Shown here: positions 23,736 through 37,537 of the stretch, piece by piece
Layout of the letters: every line of letters starts with the position of its first letter
Numbering within the stretch: position 1 is the first letter of the stretch
NCBI RefSeq assembly: GCF_902459465.1
Contig: NC_047079.1
Span: 7,130,001-7,194,000, forward strand
Direction: 5' to 3'
From: Asterias rubens
Taxonomy: Eukaryota
DNA length: 64,000 bases
Position numbers and translations under genes: made by a program
Notes under the pieces: model-generated
The model's input: only the letters and a program-made list of their open reading frames with translations
The model's database searches: none
What the model was told of the DNA's origin: nothing

Positions 23736-26700
23736 TAAAAACTTTAGAACAGAGAGATAGGTGTAAAAAAATACATGTGGAAAGATTACAGTATACTATT
23801 TACACTCTTTATAAAACACCGCTAAACTTTATTTAACTTTATTTAAAAGAAATTCTAGAACTCAAAGGCTAAAGACTCAAGGTTAATGGATAACAATGAT
23901 ATTAACCACATATTACCTTGAAGAATGCAAGTATATTCGCCTTAGAGTGTGTAGGGCTAAGACACCTTTAAGATCAAAGTGCACACATCCCCTAGGCATC
24001 TTCAATCTCATATTCAGCAACCTGCCCTCTGATGTTATTTTGAATAATTAAAGAAGAACACATCAACTTTAATAATACATTACTAGATGAATTGTTAAGT
24101 ACATCACAACCTCGTGCCCAAGAACCACATCGTTCCCGTGAATAATGTAAATAACCCTGTTTCACATAATTGCTGAAAACGGCGCCGAGATTTTAAAACA
24201 AAGCACATACTAAAAATAATAATGACCGTATTTTGATAACGCGCCTTTGGCAAAATAGTTATGATGCTTACCAGAAAAAGAATATCATACAAAAAGTGTC
24301 ATTAGACTTGTACTGTTTGTGACTGGTATCCTGCTTATTTTTGCTTAGCAGAAACATTCTGCTGAAGCAGGTCTTTGAAAGTGTCTTCTTATGGGAGACA
24401 TCAAAGTGTAACCATACATGGTGTGACCTTGTAACCCAATTACTCATTAAGACGATCATTTCGAACTAAAACATAATGGCCTTGAAATTGGGACACCAGA
24501 ACGGTGCATTACGCTATTAACCTATGGAAATTTAGGCAGTCTATTAGACACGTTAAAGGTGTCTCTAAAATAATGTGGCACCGTATTGCACTATGGGATG
24601 ATCGTAGCCCTGAATAACTTAATAACCATAACCTTCAATGGTGATGGGCTTAATAATCTTGACTTGTACAAGTCTAGCTAAACATCGCCATGAGCCCAAT
24701 TAGAGACGACAAGCAACTTGGCGCGCTTTCAAGCGTAAGGCAAACGAGAGGCCCGTTCCGACAGCTGCTGCTAACTGCATAAACGGGTTCAAGTTCCATC
24801 ATGAAGTGGTGGGACTGGTACAAGTCTAGCACGCCCATCTCCACGCATCTCTGATGAGGCAAAACCATGGAGATATAATAGCGACATGTCTGAAACCCAG
24901 TTGAAGCTTGGAGTACCGTAGTGAATTTCAAGCAGGAAGAGGGCTTTCGTTTCACGTCTATGATGAACGCTTTGCTATGATGCTGATAGGTTAACCGCAT
25001 AGCGTTCTCAATTCTCCCTTTCAACCGTTTGTAAGTGGGATCTCTGTACCGGCTCTAAAAGCTACATTTTGTAGAACTCCGAGATTCACCATCACAGTCA
25101 CCGTGCCGCTCTGGTAAACCCTGCCGTGTAATTCACCATTAGCACCGGGTGGGCCCTCTCCGGCGTAATACGTAAGTGGTAGGACATAATTATTAGCGGC
25201 ATTTCTTTGTTCGGGATGCAGTAACAATGCACTCACCGCTTTTGACTATTTGCCTGTAAGTGAGAGTCACTTTGAACTCTTTTCATATTTAGATTTATTT
25301 TGTCAATCAATTAGATGGAATGTTATTCACTGCACGGATAAATTCATGTTCAGCAGCGGTTTCTGAATAATTGCTACAAGTACATACGTTGTCGTTGTCA
25401 CTCAATCTCAATACCGTCATTTTCAAATGAATTTCCGCTCTTAACTTTTATTAAAATATTGCCGTGTGAGTGTTGTGCTTTTGACTAAAGATAAAATCTT
25501 TCAAATTGAAGTTTCTAATTTGTGTATACACCATCCACCCCACAGGGGAAATAATGCTTTCAAACCTTTTAACGTGATAGGCATTCTACAGGTTGGGAAG
25601 GGTACAATTTATTGTTTAATTCGATAAATTGGAATCTACTGATTATGGCGTTTATTTTAGAACCATTTTTTTCTGTGAACTATTTCCCTCCGAAATAAAA
25701 GTCTTAAGCACAGCTGATTTTAGTGGTAACAACCAAAATCCAGGACAAGCTGAAAACGTATAAACGGTCTTCACTATTTTCATCTGACTCAGACAGCGGA
25801 ATAAGCCCGCATTTTCGCAGGTTTATAAATTCATGGTTGAACACACACTCCATGAATTGTAGCTGTGACTACTATAGCAATAACGTTTAATACCCTTCAA
25901 ACACGACAGCTTTCATGAGCTAGCCATAATAATTAATGAACAAAAAATCGCTACATTTCGGATTTATCTAAGCCGTTTACTGCTTCGCGTAACGTAAAGA
26001 CAATCTTTAATGAATGTGTACAAATCCAGTTTCTTAAAAAAAATCGGCCAATTCAGAGCGTTATAAAAAAGAATTTCTATCAGAATAAAAATTAATGGGC
26101 ACAATACTCTGCCACATAAATTGAAACAGAAGAATAAAACACAATGATATAAATAAAGGCTATATATAATTTATGTTTCAGGGTATTGTGCACTGTTTTT
26201 GCTGTCAGTTGTTAGCAACTTGTTCCATTTTGACCGACATATTGATCAAAAGATTCACCAGGTTTCTGCGTTCACTGGTGGCCATCGAATCCATCATAAT
26301 TATGACACTTGCTTTCCAAACAATATTTTGGCGAAACTGACAAGCATGGACAGATTGTGAAGCTGCAAAGTTAACTCTCGAACCGGAATGGTTTCCCTGG
26401 TGACCACTTTAAATGCCAAACATATGACATTATTTTTTAGTGGCGGTCGGGAATGGTCTACGCTTGGTTGGGTGCTCATGCAAACTGATGACATTTATAT
26501 GTCATACATTTACGGGGGCAGCCGTTGTTATGGTTGTTCATAAAGGCAATCTTTAAGGTCAGCCAGGTAATGCAGTATTTTAACTTTTTCGATAGTCAGC
26601 CATTGCTTTCTTTTCCAAATGTTCATAATTATTGTAGGAACCTTAGGGGCATATGGCACCCAGAGTATTACGGTCGGGTGTGTACCCCATTCTTAAATTC

Positions 26701-28584
26701 CATTGTCTGTCTTCTCACTCTTTGGACGAATGAAAACATGGCTGGTGTCGAACAAACTAATAATACACGAACTTAATATTTGAGATCAATAATGTCACTC
26801 GTGAAAATAAAGTGTTGAATAAGTAACCAGTTCCCAGTTCCCAATTCACCTTTAACATTGATTTCTTATGTAGGCCTTTTAGGCAGGGAATCCGAACACA
26901 CATCACCGCCATCAACACAGATTAACTGTCTTCAAAATAACTACATACGTAAATGGCAGTACTACAGTTCGAACAATGGTGTTAGTTAGGTCAAAGGTGA
27001 ACATGACTCAATTCGGATTTGCCGGTAGGCATTCACTGCAGAGCAATATTCACATAAAATATTACATAACTGCACCTTTAAAGAGAACGTATACCTTTGG
27101 AGTTTTGAACCGTTCGATTGTTTTAATCCTAAATGTAGATACAAAAAAAAAAACTAACCTGGGAAAATTTAATTTCAAAAGGTGGTTTCGTTTTTGAGAT
27201 ATCGCCGAGAATCCGGACCGGTTTATAGTCCGCGCATATTAGAAAAAAATCATTCGTAATTGGAAACATTTTTCGCAGTAACGTTTCTAAATTCAAATTC
27301 GGGGGGATAAAAACCCGATATGGCATTTTCCATAACCAAATTAGTTTGAGGTGAAATGGTTCCCAAAAATGCTTTATACTTTCGAAAGCTGCTGCCAGCT
27401 GTACTCCTTGTGTATAGCCAAGTAAGTTTGTATTGCCATTAATTTTAGGAGAAACTACGAAATGTATACAAAATATTCACTTTGAAAAGATTCTTGACCA
27501 AGAGTGGATGCTGAAAGTACATTTCCTGAGTTTAAAAAATACCATATGTTAACCATTTTCATATGGCGAAACATGACGTCTGCGCATGATGAACCAAAAT
27601 GGTTTTTTGTTACCTGGGGTATTTTTACGCGGGCCGGGGAGGAGGCGTGTTGCATATCCGGGAGTTATTATGTGATCAGTTAAAGGTTTCGTGTGATCTA
27701 ATTAATTTGGATCATTCAGAGTAAGGTTGTCACACTTTCTAAAAAGCAATTAATCTAAGTTAATAGAAAAATACGAACAGGTGACATGTATTGGGATTGT
27801 TTGTGAATGTTGGGCTTGGATAGGGCATTTTCAATTTGCAGAGTCAAACAGTTTCAATTGTTTGCAATTTTATTTTTAATTGGAAAATATATAGGGCATG
27901 CAGATGATTATGAAGATATGTTTTTTATCTTTAGAGGAAATATTGTTTTTTATTTTGCAAGATCCATAAATATTGCCCTAACCAAACAGATTGCTGACCA
28001 CGTACCACCGGATTAGTTACAACATGTTGGCATAAAATGACCGTACAATCTCATTACTTCCAATTAATCGCTCAATAATACATGAAGGTCATCAAAGGTC
28101 CGTGTTTTACCGGATAAGTTCCGGTTGTCAAAGTAAAAGCCCATGTAAAACCATACGATCCGGTCACTCCGTAACCGTTTTCTCGCCAATCCCGGCCCTT
28201 ACGGGTTCCTAAACCAATTTGCTTCGATTTTGATGCGACGTGTGATGCTCACGTTATTACACCACTCTCTGCGAACAACACACCCCCCCCCCCACACTCC
28301 AACAACCTTTCTTCTTTAAGATGGCAGGAGTGTGGTGACTGTGGGCAGGGTAGAACTTTACCATGGCAACAGATATGCGTGACTAGGATGGTTATGATGA
28401 AGTGTTATTTTGAGAACGTCTGCTGGCGGAGCAATGTCTGCTGATTAAACATGCATTGAAGATGCGTCAAGCTGGGTGGACTGTAGTCTCGCTCTGTGAT
28501 ACTGTTAAAGGAATTGTATCAGTTAACCGAAATGCACTGCTGCATCTTCGTCATGCTCCCTGGCGTGGCTCCAAAAGGGGGCCT

Positions 28585-28764
28585 GCCGTCGATTTCACAA
28601 AGAGTTAGGACTCGTCTTATCTCGAGTTAGGACGAGTAACTCGTCCTAACTTAGGATTAATCTAAAGGTCTACATGCTACAGTGCAGGGTTGGGACTCGT
28701 CCACGGTCCTAAGTCATAAGATTAATGATTCCTCAGTTAGGAAGTGTTTTGTGAAATCGACGGC
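28585..28764. mobile_element. Palindromic MITE, family A (second copy)
   Basis: GCCGTCGATTTCACAAAGAGTTAGGACTCGTC ... TTTTGTGAAATCGACGGC; colinear with 4102-4263. Confidence 0.85.
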
Positions 28765-30219
28765 TGACTACTTTTCTTTCGATACTCCAAATTTGTTATT
28801 TAGATTTGCATAACAGCGCGCCATAAAAGGGCTTTGAAGAATTCGTTTTATATATTAAAAGAGAAACTTATATGAGGCAGAACTGCTCCCCTTCGTTGTT
28901 ATCGTGTTTTGGTGGTTTCACATGGTATAGATACCCCAAAACAACCAAAGTATACACACGGGGCTAAACTTCTTCCAAACCAGTTAAGTTGGTGTTATTT
29001 AATTAATTAATAAATACAAACCTTTTCAAAAAACAAGTTGCATTATAGTCCTTTGTCTTCTTTGAGAAATTTGATTATTTCCCCGGTTTTCATTTGAAGG
29101 TGTCAACCTGAGGTCTTAGTACCACCGAATTTATTCCACGATATACTTTTGATATTAAGCATCAGGCAATGCCCTTAAGAAAGTGACATTCGCAAATGTC
29201 ATGATGTATTCGCAAGAAATGTCATGATTAGGAACAGACGTGCAATTGGGTCATGACATTGACATCACTTCAAGAAACTAAGTCAGAGGAATGAACCAAC
29301 TGCATTCGTATTTGTAGACAAAAATCCTGTGCCACAAAAATATTTCTTTGTATTCCGTGTCTAAGGTTTAAAGCTATAATTATTATCTTGTAATAAAAAA
29401 ATAAAAAAGTGAAGGGGATAATGGTCGACCTGATTAAATAGTTGTAGGTAGTGTTCATGTTTTGTGTGATCAATCATGAACTTACAAACCTGCATATTTT
29501 GGCCAATTGTGTGAGTCAGGAGATAGTATGAAAGCCAAGCGCAATTGTCCTGAATTTGTATTGTAGCAAACTTTTCTCAACTATGGCTTCATTTTTTAAG
29601 TAAGAAATATTTAAAGAAGTTTATTTTTCAATTAAAATACTGTAATCCAGAAAAAAAGACCTTTAGTATTTCTCAAATTGAAAATAGCATCAACAAAAAA
29701 CAACAACTTAAAACGTACATTAAGCGTTTAAATTTGTTGTTTTTGTTGTTGTTTTTTTTATTATTGTTGTATCATTCCAACCTGTCATGTTATTATCAAT
29801 CGTATAATCAAGGTTCGGGTCACAAGACCACGGACAGTCTTAGATCTTGCCTTCAGCTCTCCTCAAGTGCGCGGGCGGGAACGCCGTTTATTACGGTCGC
29901 TGTTTTTTGATGAATAGCCTTGGTTTTCCGGGATCATAAATTTTGTTAAAAATTGTGTATTGCCGTTGTTCAAACAAATTCCGCCTTGGGAGTACTTGTA
30001 ATTCAATTCACCCGACCTTGTTTCATAGATAAATAAATTTGTCAAACGGTTATATTATACCCTACCATTTTGCTATATCATATTTAAAGGGAAGGTATAT
30101 GGTAATCACTCATTGGTTTAGAAAGCCTACATTGCTTTCGACAGTAAACAAACTTCGGATAAACAAATTATTTTAGCATGTAAAAACGTATTTGCATGAC
30201 ATTGTTTTACTAATTTCGT

Positions 30220-30348
30220 AAAAACTACAGCACCCAAGCATCTAATATTTTAAGGTACACTTTCTACTATCATTATCTTCAAACGGTGTAAGTTTAATGT
30301 AAATCTGTGGACATTGTGTTTTGTGTTACAAAAAGTACCAAAATCTTT
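30220..30348 (+). repeat. Dispersed repeat (AAAAACTACAGCACC...TTTAATGTAAATCTGTGGACATTG)
   Basis: Homologous copy at ~32011-32140 and a partial copy at ~46351-46435. Confidence 0.7.
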
Positions 30349-30882
30349 TAAGTATCGATGGTTATCTAAAGTATCAGTTGTTATGCCCCAAATGTGAATC
30401 TGAGAAGCGTTACTTTCGGTAACGCTTCTCAGATTGTGTATTTCCATTAAGGATAATTCTTGCTACGGGTTTTCAGCGATATCTCAAAAACTCGACCAAA
30501 TGAAAACTTCACAATAATATGCAATAATGTCGTCCGGATAGTATTGCATATAGAGCATGCGACACCGGCAGGCATTTGGGCGAACTATAATAGTGATCCA
30601 ATAAGCAATCATGCGCCACTAGCTTACTAAATAACTGTGGGTTAGTATTAAATTAGCCCACACCTGTTTCTAAATATCAATACATTATTTAAAGGCCAAT
30701 GCTTGGTTTGCTGTTTCAACAAAATGCCTTCCAGTAAAAGCCAAAATAGTTATCACATAAACAGTTTTCGTGATATTATTGAAACTTCATTCGTTATCTA
30801 GCATGGTTTGGTTGTGTTCACTGTCTCCAGGTTGGCCAACGGGAAATATTCACAGCTAACCGTGTGTTTCTCATTCGGTGGG

Positions 30883-33800
30883 ATGTTTTCTCCAACTCCG
30901 GTCCACGTTCTGCTACCTGTGGCTTGGCAGTTACTTGTGACGGTACTGTGCCTTACTGACAGACCAGAGAGAGGTGAGCAATGTGTCTATACATACTCGT
31001 CACAAATCCCGGATCAAAATTGTCCCGGGTGAAAATTGTCCCTGATCAATTTTTTTCCCGGGTGAAAACTTTCCCGGATCAAAATTGTCTTGGTGAAAAT
31101 TTACTCCGATTCTGATCCATTTCTTAGTCAGGCTGATCCACAAATTTGTCAAAAATTTGTTTTTTTTATATTGATGTTTCGATTGACAAACTTCTGGATA
31201 ATTGTTTACACAGATCGTTGGTCACACTGACCAAGAAATTGGTCAGTGTTATTGGTAATTGGATCCGGGTCAATTCTGACCAAGGACTTTCTAGTTGTGT
31301 ATTATTTATGTTGATTTGATGTGTTTAATACCCCAGTCACTTTTTCTTCATACGCAAAACACATTTTTTGTACAAACGTTTGCATAAGAATGTCAGCTTT
31401 ACAGAAATTACGCACGGATTTCATATCATCCTGTGTTAGCCATGTGTTTTACAGGACGCCATAAGCGCCGAATTTCGCAGTAAGCAGATCGAGCCATAAT
31501 AAGAATCAGTGTTTTTTCTCATCAGGCTGGTTGTACAAAAACAAAATGATTCTTTTTTAATTTAAATCTTCGACTTACGACGTGGAACAAATTAATAATT
31601 GAACCAGAGAGGACGAAAATGCCAGGGAAATGAAGGACACGTTAATTATTCATCGCTAAATAAATTTTAGATGATGTGAGGTATAAATAATATATTATAT
31701 TTTAATATTTTTCATAATAATATTCCCACTTAAAGTGTGATTTCTATTGGTGATGTTTCATAATAATATTCCCATCTAAGTACGATTTTGAGTGGTTTTC
31801 AAGTCTTGGGCATTACATGAATCCCTACTTACTGTGAATTAAAGATGTATGTAATATATTTTACATTAGTCGTCAATGTTTAAGAAAAGCGAAAATAAAA
31901 TCACAGAGCGATGTTTTCAGAAGAGTCGCGTAAATACGTTGTACATGCTAAAATAATAATCGTCTCCTGAAACGAAAATAGTTTCCTTAACATCGTTTTA
32001 CTCATTTTTCAAAAACTACAGCACCTTAGCAAGTAATATTTTAAGGGAAGCTTTCTATTATCATTATCTTTAAACCGATTACATTTAATGTAAATCTGTG
32101 GACATTGGGTTTTGTGTTCTACAAAAGGTTCCAAACCCTTTAAGTGGGGGGAGCAATTTATCCTAGAGCTTACTAGGCCGAGATTGCATTGCTTTCAACC
32201 ATGCAATTGCTATGCTCTTAAGATGCACAAGACGATTGCTGCAAATTGGTTGCGTTCGTCTTGATGTTGGAGATGAAGAGGTGACGATTAGGTGTTTCCA
32301 CACAATAATTTAACCACAAAAATACAAATTCTCGGCTTTTGTTTTTAACGTCTACACACAGCTGTTGGCTCCGTGGTGATTTCAAGATGCACCTCTTTTG
32401 ACTATCTTGGAAAGACTCGTGTTGAGTTTGTTTAGCTTATAAACAGAAAAGCAGGCTCGTTTGGGATTTCAACATAGACGCATACATAATCCATGTAATT
32501 CTTCCGTCGTGGTTAATGAACGTTGCCCTTAGCCTAGGGACCTTAATTTTGGTAATTTATATTTCTTTTCAATTCGCACGAGATCCAGGAAGGCAGCTTT
32601 ATACACAGCGGCATAGAGTAAACACGCGTTTGAATAAAATTTGAAACGCATTGACGCATTTTTCTCACCCTCATTAAATAGCTTTGTTTATTGGTTATTC
32701 CTTAAAAACATTGTTTGTACTCTGTTTTCATGAAGTATGGAAATAAATATCAGTTTGAATGAATGAATGAATCAAATTGCAGTAAGTTACATGTTGTGAA
32801 TCGATTGAATATAGTGCAGTACCTCAGTATCGAGTTTTTTCCTCTCCACCCCCCCCCCCCCTGCTCTACTGTTGATCTCTCGGTTTGTACCATCATGCCA
32901 TGGAATCCAACGCTTTATAATACCACCTGTCAATCATACTGCACTGCTGTGTGCGTGCTTATGTTTCTTAGCTCCGTTTTAAAGAGCAATATGTTTGGGT
33001 ATTAAGTTAATTTGCACTGCATCGAGGAAAACTATGTGTTAACCGGATCAAGGGAATAACTGAGGTGTTAAAATCGATACCATGAGTTTTGTCACAAAGT
33101 ATAGAATAATCTAATCTTTTAATAAAAACGATCGTCGAAAATGCAAAACTAAACCAAATTGTAAAATGTTAGCTGTACAGTTTGACGTTTGAAAACTGAG
33201 TCTGCAAGGAGTCCCTTTAATGCAGCCAGCCTATGGACCTATTCAAGAATAAAGAAGCCTCTCTCGCAACCAAATCCAAAGCCCGAAACCCAAACCTCTA
33301 AAATAAGGTCCTGTGATCTTCCCTTTAAGATGAGTGTTTTGTCCCTAAATTGGAAACTAATAATGCAATAGACGTCGACTTATTAGTCTCACATAATTGG
33401 CAATAATTGTGCATACTGGCGGGGGACATTCATTTTCCGCTTTCGTGAAATTATTAACTAGAGTTGTACAAGTCTTTCGGTGAAAACGCAAAATAATTTC
33501 TGATATCATAATTCTCTTCAACGTTACTGTTTTCACCTAGAGTCGTTTTGCCCAATGCTGTCTCTGATTTTTGGACTCTTGTCGTGTTGTACAGAATTTA
33601 AAAATCTCTGCCAGTATATCTCTATCCACTTAACCCTTGACGAGTCCTGCTTTGAGTCCGGCCTCATTAAACCAATTATGGCGACTACCAGTTCGATTTA
33701 CTATAACTCTCATTCCTCGCCATTTTGTTTCTCCGCAGCTATGCCATCGATACCTCTCAACCTCACCCTGGTTCATAACCCTCCACTCTACTACAAGGAA

Positions 33801-35146
33801 GCCGAGATCAGCTGGTCTCCGGGGAATCCCCATGAACCCTTAACCGATTACATCATCGTCAACAGAGCCGAGGGGAGCGACACCAAAGCCGTGACCCGCA
33901 TTGACCCCGAGTATACGTCATTCACATTGAAGGATTTAAAAGAAAAGACGAAGTATGTTGTGTACGTCAAGGCGGCTATTGGGAACGACCACAGCGAGGG
34001 CAGCTCCAAACTAGAGTTTAACACCCAAAGTAAAAGTACGTGAGTTAGATTAGATTAAATTAGATTAGATTAAATTAGATTGGATTAGACTATAACGTTA
34101 TTCATCTATCATCAAGGGGAAATTTAGAATGGCCTTAAAAAATGCAACCAAAAAAGGGTGGCTTTAGTTAGCTAGTTAGCTTACCTGGTAAGCCATATAT
34201 AAAGAATTTAAAATAGGGTCATTCATGAAAAGTAAAACTTTCTATACCAGTGTTTAATTTCATAAATTTCACCCTTCATAGCTGGAGAAGGCCTTTTGCT
34301 ATTGAATGTTGCCACCATTCTGCACTTTAATGGGAGACTTTCGAACGCTAGGTGGCAGCAGACTGACTTGGTAAATGTCCATTGTTTCTGTTGTTCTGAG
34401 CACGAGCACATAAACCAAGAATAATGGATTTACCAGGTAAGTCTGCTGCCACCTAGCGTCTTCAAAGTCCCCCATTATTTAAAAACAATACTGTTTCCTT
34501 TTACCACCGCTAGGGGGCCTCCACCGCACCTTCACAACGACTGCAGCAGACATTCTAATCCTCCTGATGGTTCTGGCGGTCTGGTTTGGCGCCCTCTCTC
34601 TCTTTATACGCACCTGGAGGAAAAAGATGAACGGTCACGTGTCACAATCTTCCAGCAACGCGGGGACCCCGGTACGCCTGCGCAGTCGGTACAGGAAACC
34701 ATGGATGTGGTCACAAAAGCGCCGTCCGGACCACCGTGGATACCCGATGACATGATATGATGACGTCACATCTAGGTACTATTGTCTGGTAAGCTGAACG
34801 CCTTGTTAAAAAAAATTCAAATCTTACCATTCTGTTCAAGTAAATGGGGTTCCTTTGAGACAGCGGCCAAGTCTATGTTGTCCTTAATCCATAGGATAAA
34901 CGACCTTTCCCTAAAGGCCAATTAAACTTTAATTTATGGGGGTTTTCGGGCGTATTCTTAGGTCAAGGGAAAAGGGATTTTAACGAAATTTCCAACACAA
35001 AGTAATTTAAAAGATGCTTAATTAACAACTTGGTAATCGGCAGTGTAACGCACTTTGGGTAAAGTAAAACATTATTATGCCTTGTTCATAATTTTTGAGA
35101 GGTTCTGACAGTTTTTTTTCATATTTCAGCTGAGGATATTAATTAA
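30883..35146 (+). CDS. Predicted secreted single fibronectin type III domain protein (~132-134 aa); may alternatively splice into the downstream mucin
   Basis: Exon 30883-30973 (MFSPTPVHVLLPVAWQLLVTVLCLTDRPER, hydrophobic, phase 1, GTGAGC donor). Exon 33739-34029/34035 (PSIPLNLTLV..EISWSPG...TDYII...TSFTLKDLKEKTKYVVYVKAA....SEGS..LEFNT: FN3 W, Y, L.....Y hallmarks). Candidate terminal exon 35130-35146 after a strong T-rich CAG acceptor (TEDIN*). The FN3 exon is secure; the flanking exons are less so. Confidence 0.65.
31006..31110. repeat. Short degenerate tandem repeat (CCCGG(A/G)T(C/G)AAAATT)
   Basis: About 6 units of ~15 bp read directly. Confidence 0.6.
34045..34090. repeat. (TTAGA/TTAAA)n pentamer microsatellite
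   Basis: Read directly, just after the FN3 exon donor. Confidence 0.85.
34329..34476. mobile_element. Palindromic MITE, family C
   Basis: AATGGGAGACTTTCGAACGCTAGGTGGCAGCAGAC ... GTCTGCTGCCACCTAGCGTCTTCAAAGTCCCCCATT. Confidence 0.85.
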
Positions 35147-36564
35147 CGGAGTCTTGTTGATTTGAACGTCTCTGTCTACCATTCGGTTTGCCGTTGGAGG
35201 AATCGTGACAGGTGCTGAGGCTAGTTAGCACCGCGACGTTGAGGGCGTTGATCATTTCGACGTTGATGACGGTGTTTATGTCGCCGTTGAGGGCGTCAGT
35301 TTTACGGAGGAAATGGATATTACAACTTTGAGGTCTTGATGATGGATATGAATTGCAATTACGGTCGACGGTGCCTAATTAACCTTTCATTAATATAATA
35401 ATGCTAATCATCTTTGGTAACTGCCTGCAGTATTCAGCGTCTTTAACTTTCCAAACGTCACAAGCAGTACGATGCTTTTGAATCAGTGCGCCCTCCCGAA
35501 AATCAGTCCACTCTGACTGGGAAACTGTATGTGTTTCTTCAGCAGCATGAAGTTGAATATTGATTCTACTCGATAAACCGTTTTTAAGAGGTAGAACAGT
35601 TAAGCAACGAGAGAGAACAATACCTACTCTGACAGATGTCATCGGTGACATTATGATTGGAAGGAATTGAGGAAATGCGCCCTCTGTAAAGACATGTTTC
35701 GGCAGGTAAATAATGCCCTTTGTTGATTGGTTAGCCCAAACATCTGACGTCACACGATCGAAGCTCGTGATTAACGCCCGATACCGGCTTTTATAAAGCC
35801 TAGCAGTTACCGACCAGATGTATTTTTGACCTTGCATGCCATAATAGTGTGTGGATTATAAAATGATTCAAAATGTGGTCTTTTGTGGATATTCTATGTT
35901 TCATTGGGGATAAAAATTATAACAAGATTGATCATTTATTTCATTTTCAATTCATGACGCAACATGACTGAAATCTGTTTTGGCTCACTATGTTCGTGTC
36001 CATTTTGATCGGTTGAGAGAGCACTGTTAACATTTACTCATTTAATTGATTTATGAATACTCGAAACTTTGTAAAAAAGTGAATTGTAGTAATACAAATA
36101 TTTAACACTTTAACACTCCGTATTTTCTTATAAACGAACATTTCGAACTTGTATGATTAACTTTTTAAGAAAGTTGAAATTTTGTCTGAAAAGGAAATCT
36201 CTGCATCAAATGTTTTACTATTCTCAAATAGTTAAACAAATAACTAAATGACAATCTCTTCGCCCTTCACTGCTAAAAACACTTTAATTATGTATGATTA
36301 TAAAACACACGTAATTTTCATCACATCTTTAGTCCAAAAAACCATGAATTGCTACATAAGATGCATTTTTGAATGTCGCTAGTGATTTTTTAATTACATT
36401 CTTTGTATGGTAGTCTGGATAGCGATCCTGATCTCTTGCTTCGTGGATCTGTGAATAAAATAAAATAAAACAACATAAAATGTTTTAATAAATCACGTAC
36501 CTGTCTTTTGTTAAGTATGTTATTATTTTTGTTATATGCATTTAACAAGGCCAAGAAACAACCA

Positions 36565-36647
36565 GTCAGGATGGCCGAGAGGTCTAAGGCGCTACGTTCA
36601 GGTCGTAGTCTACTCTGTAGGCGTGGGTTCGAATCCCACTTCTGACA
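36565..36647 (+). tRNA. tRNA-Leu-CAG: tRNA-Leu(CAG) copy 1 (D-loop variant GAGAGG)
   Basis: GTCAGGATGGCCGAG.GGTCTAAGGCG CTACG TT CAG GT CGTAG, long variable arm, GGTTCGAATCC, TTCTGACA. Confidence 0.9.
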
Positions 36648-36725
36648 AAATAGTTTTAGATTTTTGGTATAATAAAATAAAAAGTGCAAAATTATTGTTT
36701 TAAAAACAAAGATAATAACCAACAA

Positions 36726-36808
36726 GTCAGGATGGCCGAGCGGTCTAAGGCGCTACGTTCAGGTCGTAGTCTACTCTGTAGGCGTGGGTTCGAATCCCAC
36801 TTCTGACA
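36726..36808 (+). tRNA. tRNA-Leu-CAG: tRNA-Leu(CAG) copy 2 (consensus)
   Basis: Full cloverleaf with intact A and B boxes; anticodon CAG. Confidence 0.95.
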
Positions 36809-36888
36809 AAGTTAGTTTTTGGTTTTCTTTTATAATAAAATAAAAAGTGCAAAATTATTGTTTTAAACACAAATATAATAACCAACAA

Positions 36889-36971
36889 GTCAGGATGGCC
36901 GAGCGGTCTAAGGCGCTACGTTCAGGTCGTAGTCTACTCTGTAGGCGTGGGTTCGAATCCCACTTCTGACA
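36889..36971 (+). tRNA. tRNA-Leu-CAG: tRNA-Leu(CAG) copy 3 (consensus)
   Basis: Identical to copy 2. Confidence 0.95.
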
Positions 36972-37049
36972 AAATAGTTTTAGATTTTTGGTATAATAAA
37001 ATAAAAAGTGCAAAATTATTGTTTTAAAAACAAAGATAATAACCAACAA

Positions 37050-37132
37050 GTCAGGATGGCCGAGCGGTCTAAGGCGCTACGTTCAGGTCGTAGTCTACTC
37101 TGTAGGCGTGGGTTCGAATCCCACTTCTGACA
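37050..37132 (+). tRNA. tRNA-Leu-CAG: tRNA-Leu(CAG) copy 4 (consensus)
   Basis: Identical to copy 2. Confidence 0.95.
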
Positions 37133-37212
37133 AAGTTAGTTTTTGGTTTTCTTTTATAATAAAATAAAAAGTGCAAAATTATTGTTTTAAAAACAAAGAT
37201 AATAACCAACAA

Positions 37213-37295
37213 GTCAGGATGGCCGAGCGGTCTAAGGCGCTACGTTCAGGTCGTAGTCTACTCTGTAGGCGTGGGTTCGAATCCCACTTCTGACA
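37213..37295 (+). tRNA. tRNA-Leu-CAG: tRNA-Leu(CAG) copy 5 (consensus)
   Basis: Identical to copy 2. Confidence 0.95.
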
Positions 37296-37374
37296 AAGTT
37301 AGTTTTTGGTTTTCTTTTATAATAAATAAAAAGTGCAAAATTATTGTTTTAAAAACAAAGATAATAACCAACAA

Positions 37375-37457
37375 GTCAGGATGGCCGAGCGGTCTAAGGC
37401 GCTACGTTCAGGTCGTAGTCTACTCTGTAGGCGTGGGTTCGAATCCCACTTCTGACA
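37375..37457 (+). tRNA. tRNA-Leu-CAG: tRNA-Leu(CAG) copy 6 (consensus)
   Basis: Identical to copy 2. Confidence 0.95.
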
Positions 37458-37537
37458 AAGTTAGTTTTTGGTTTTCTTTTATAAAAAAATAAAAAGTGCA
37501 AAATTATTGTTTTAAAAACAAAGATAATAACCAACAA

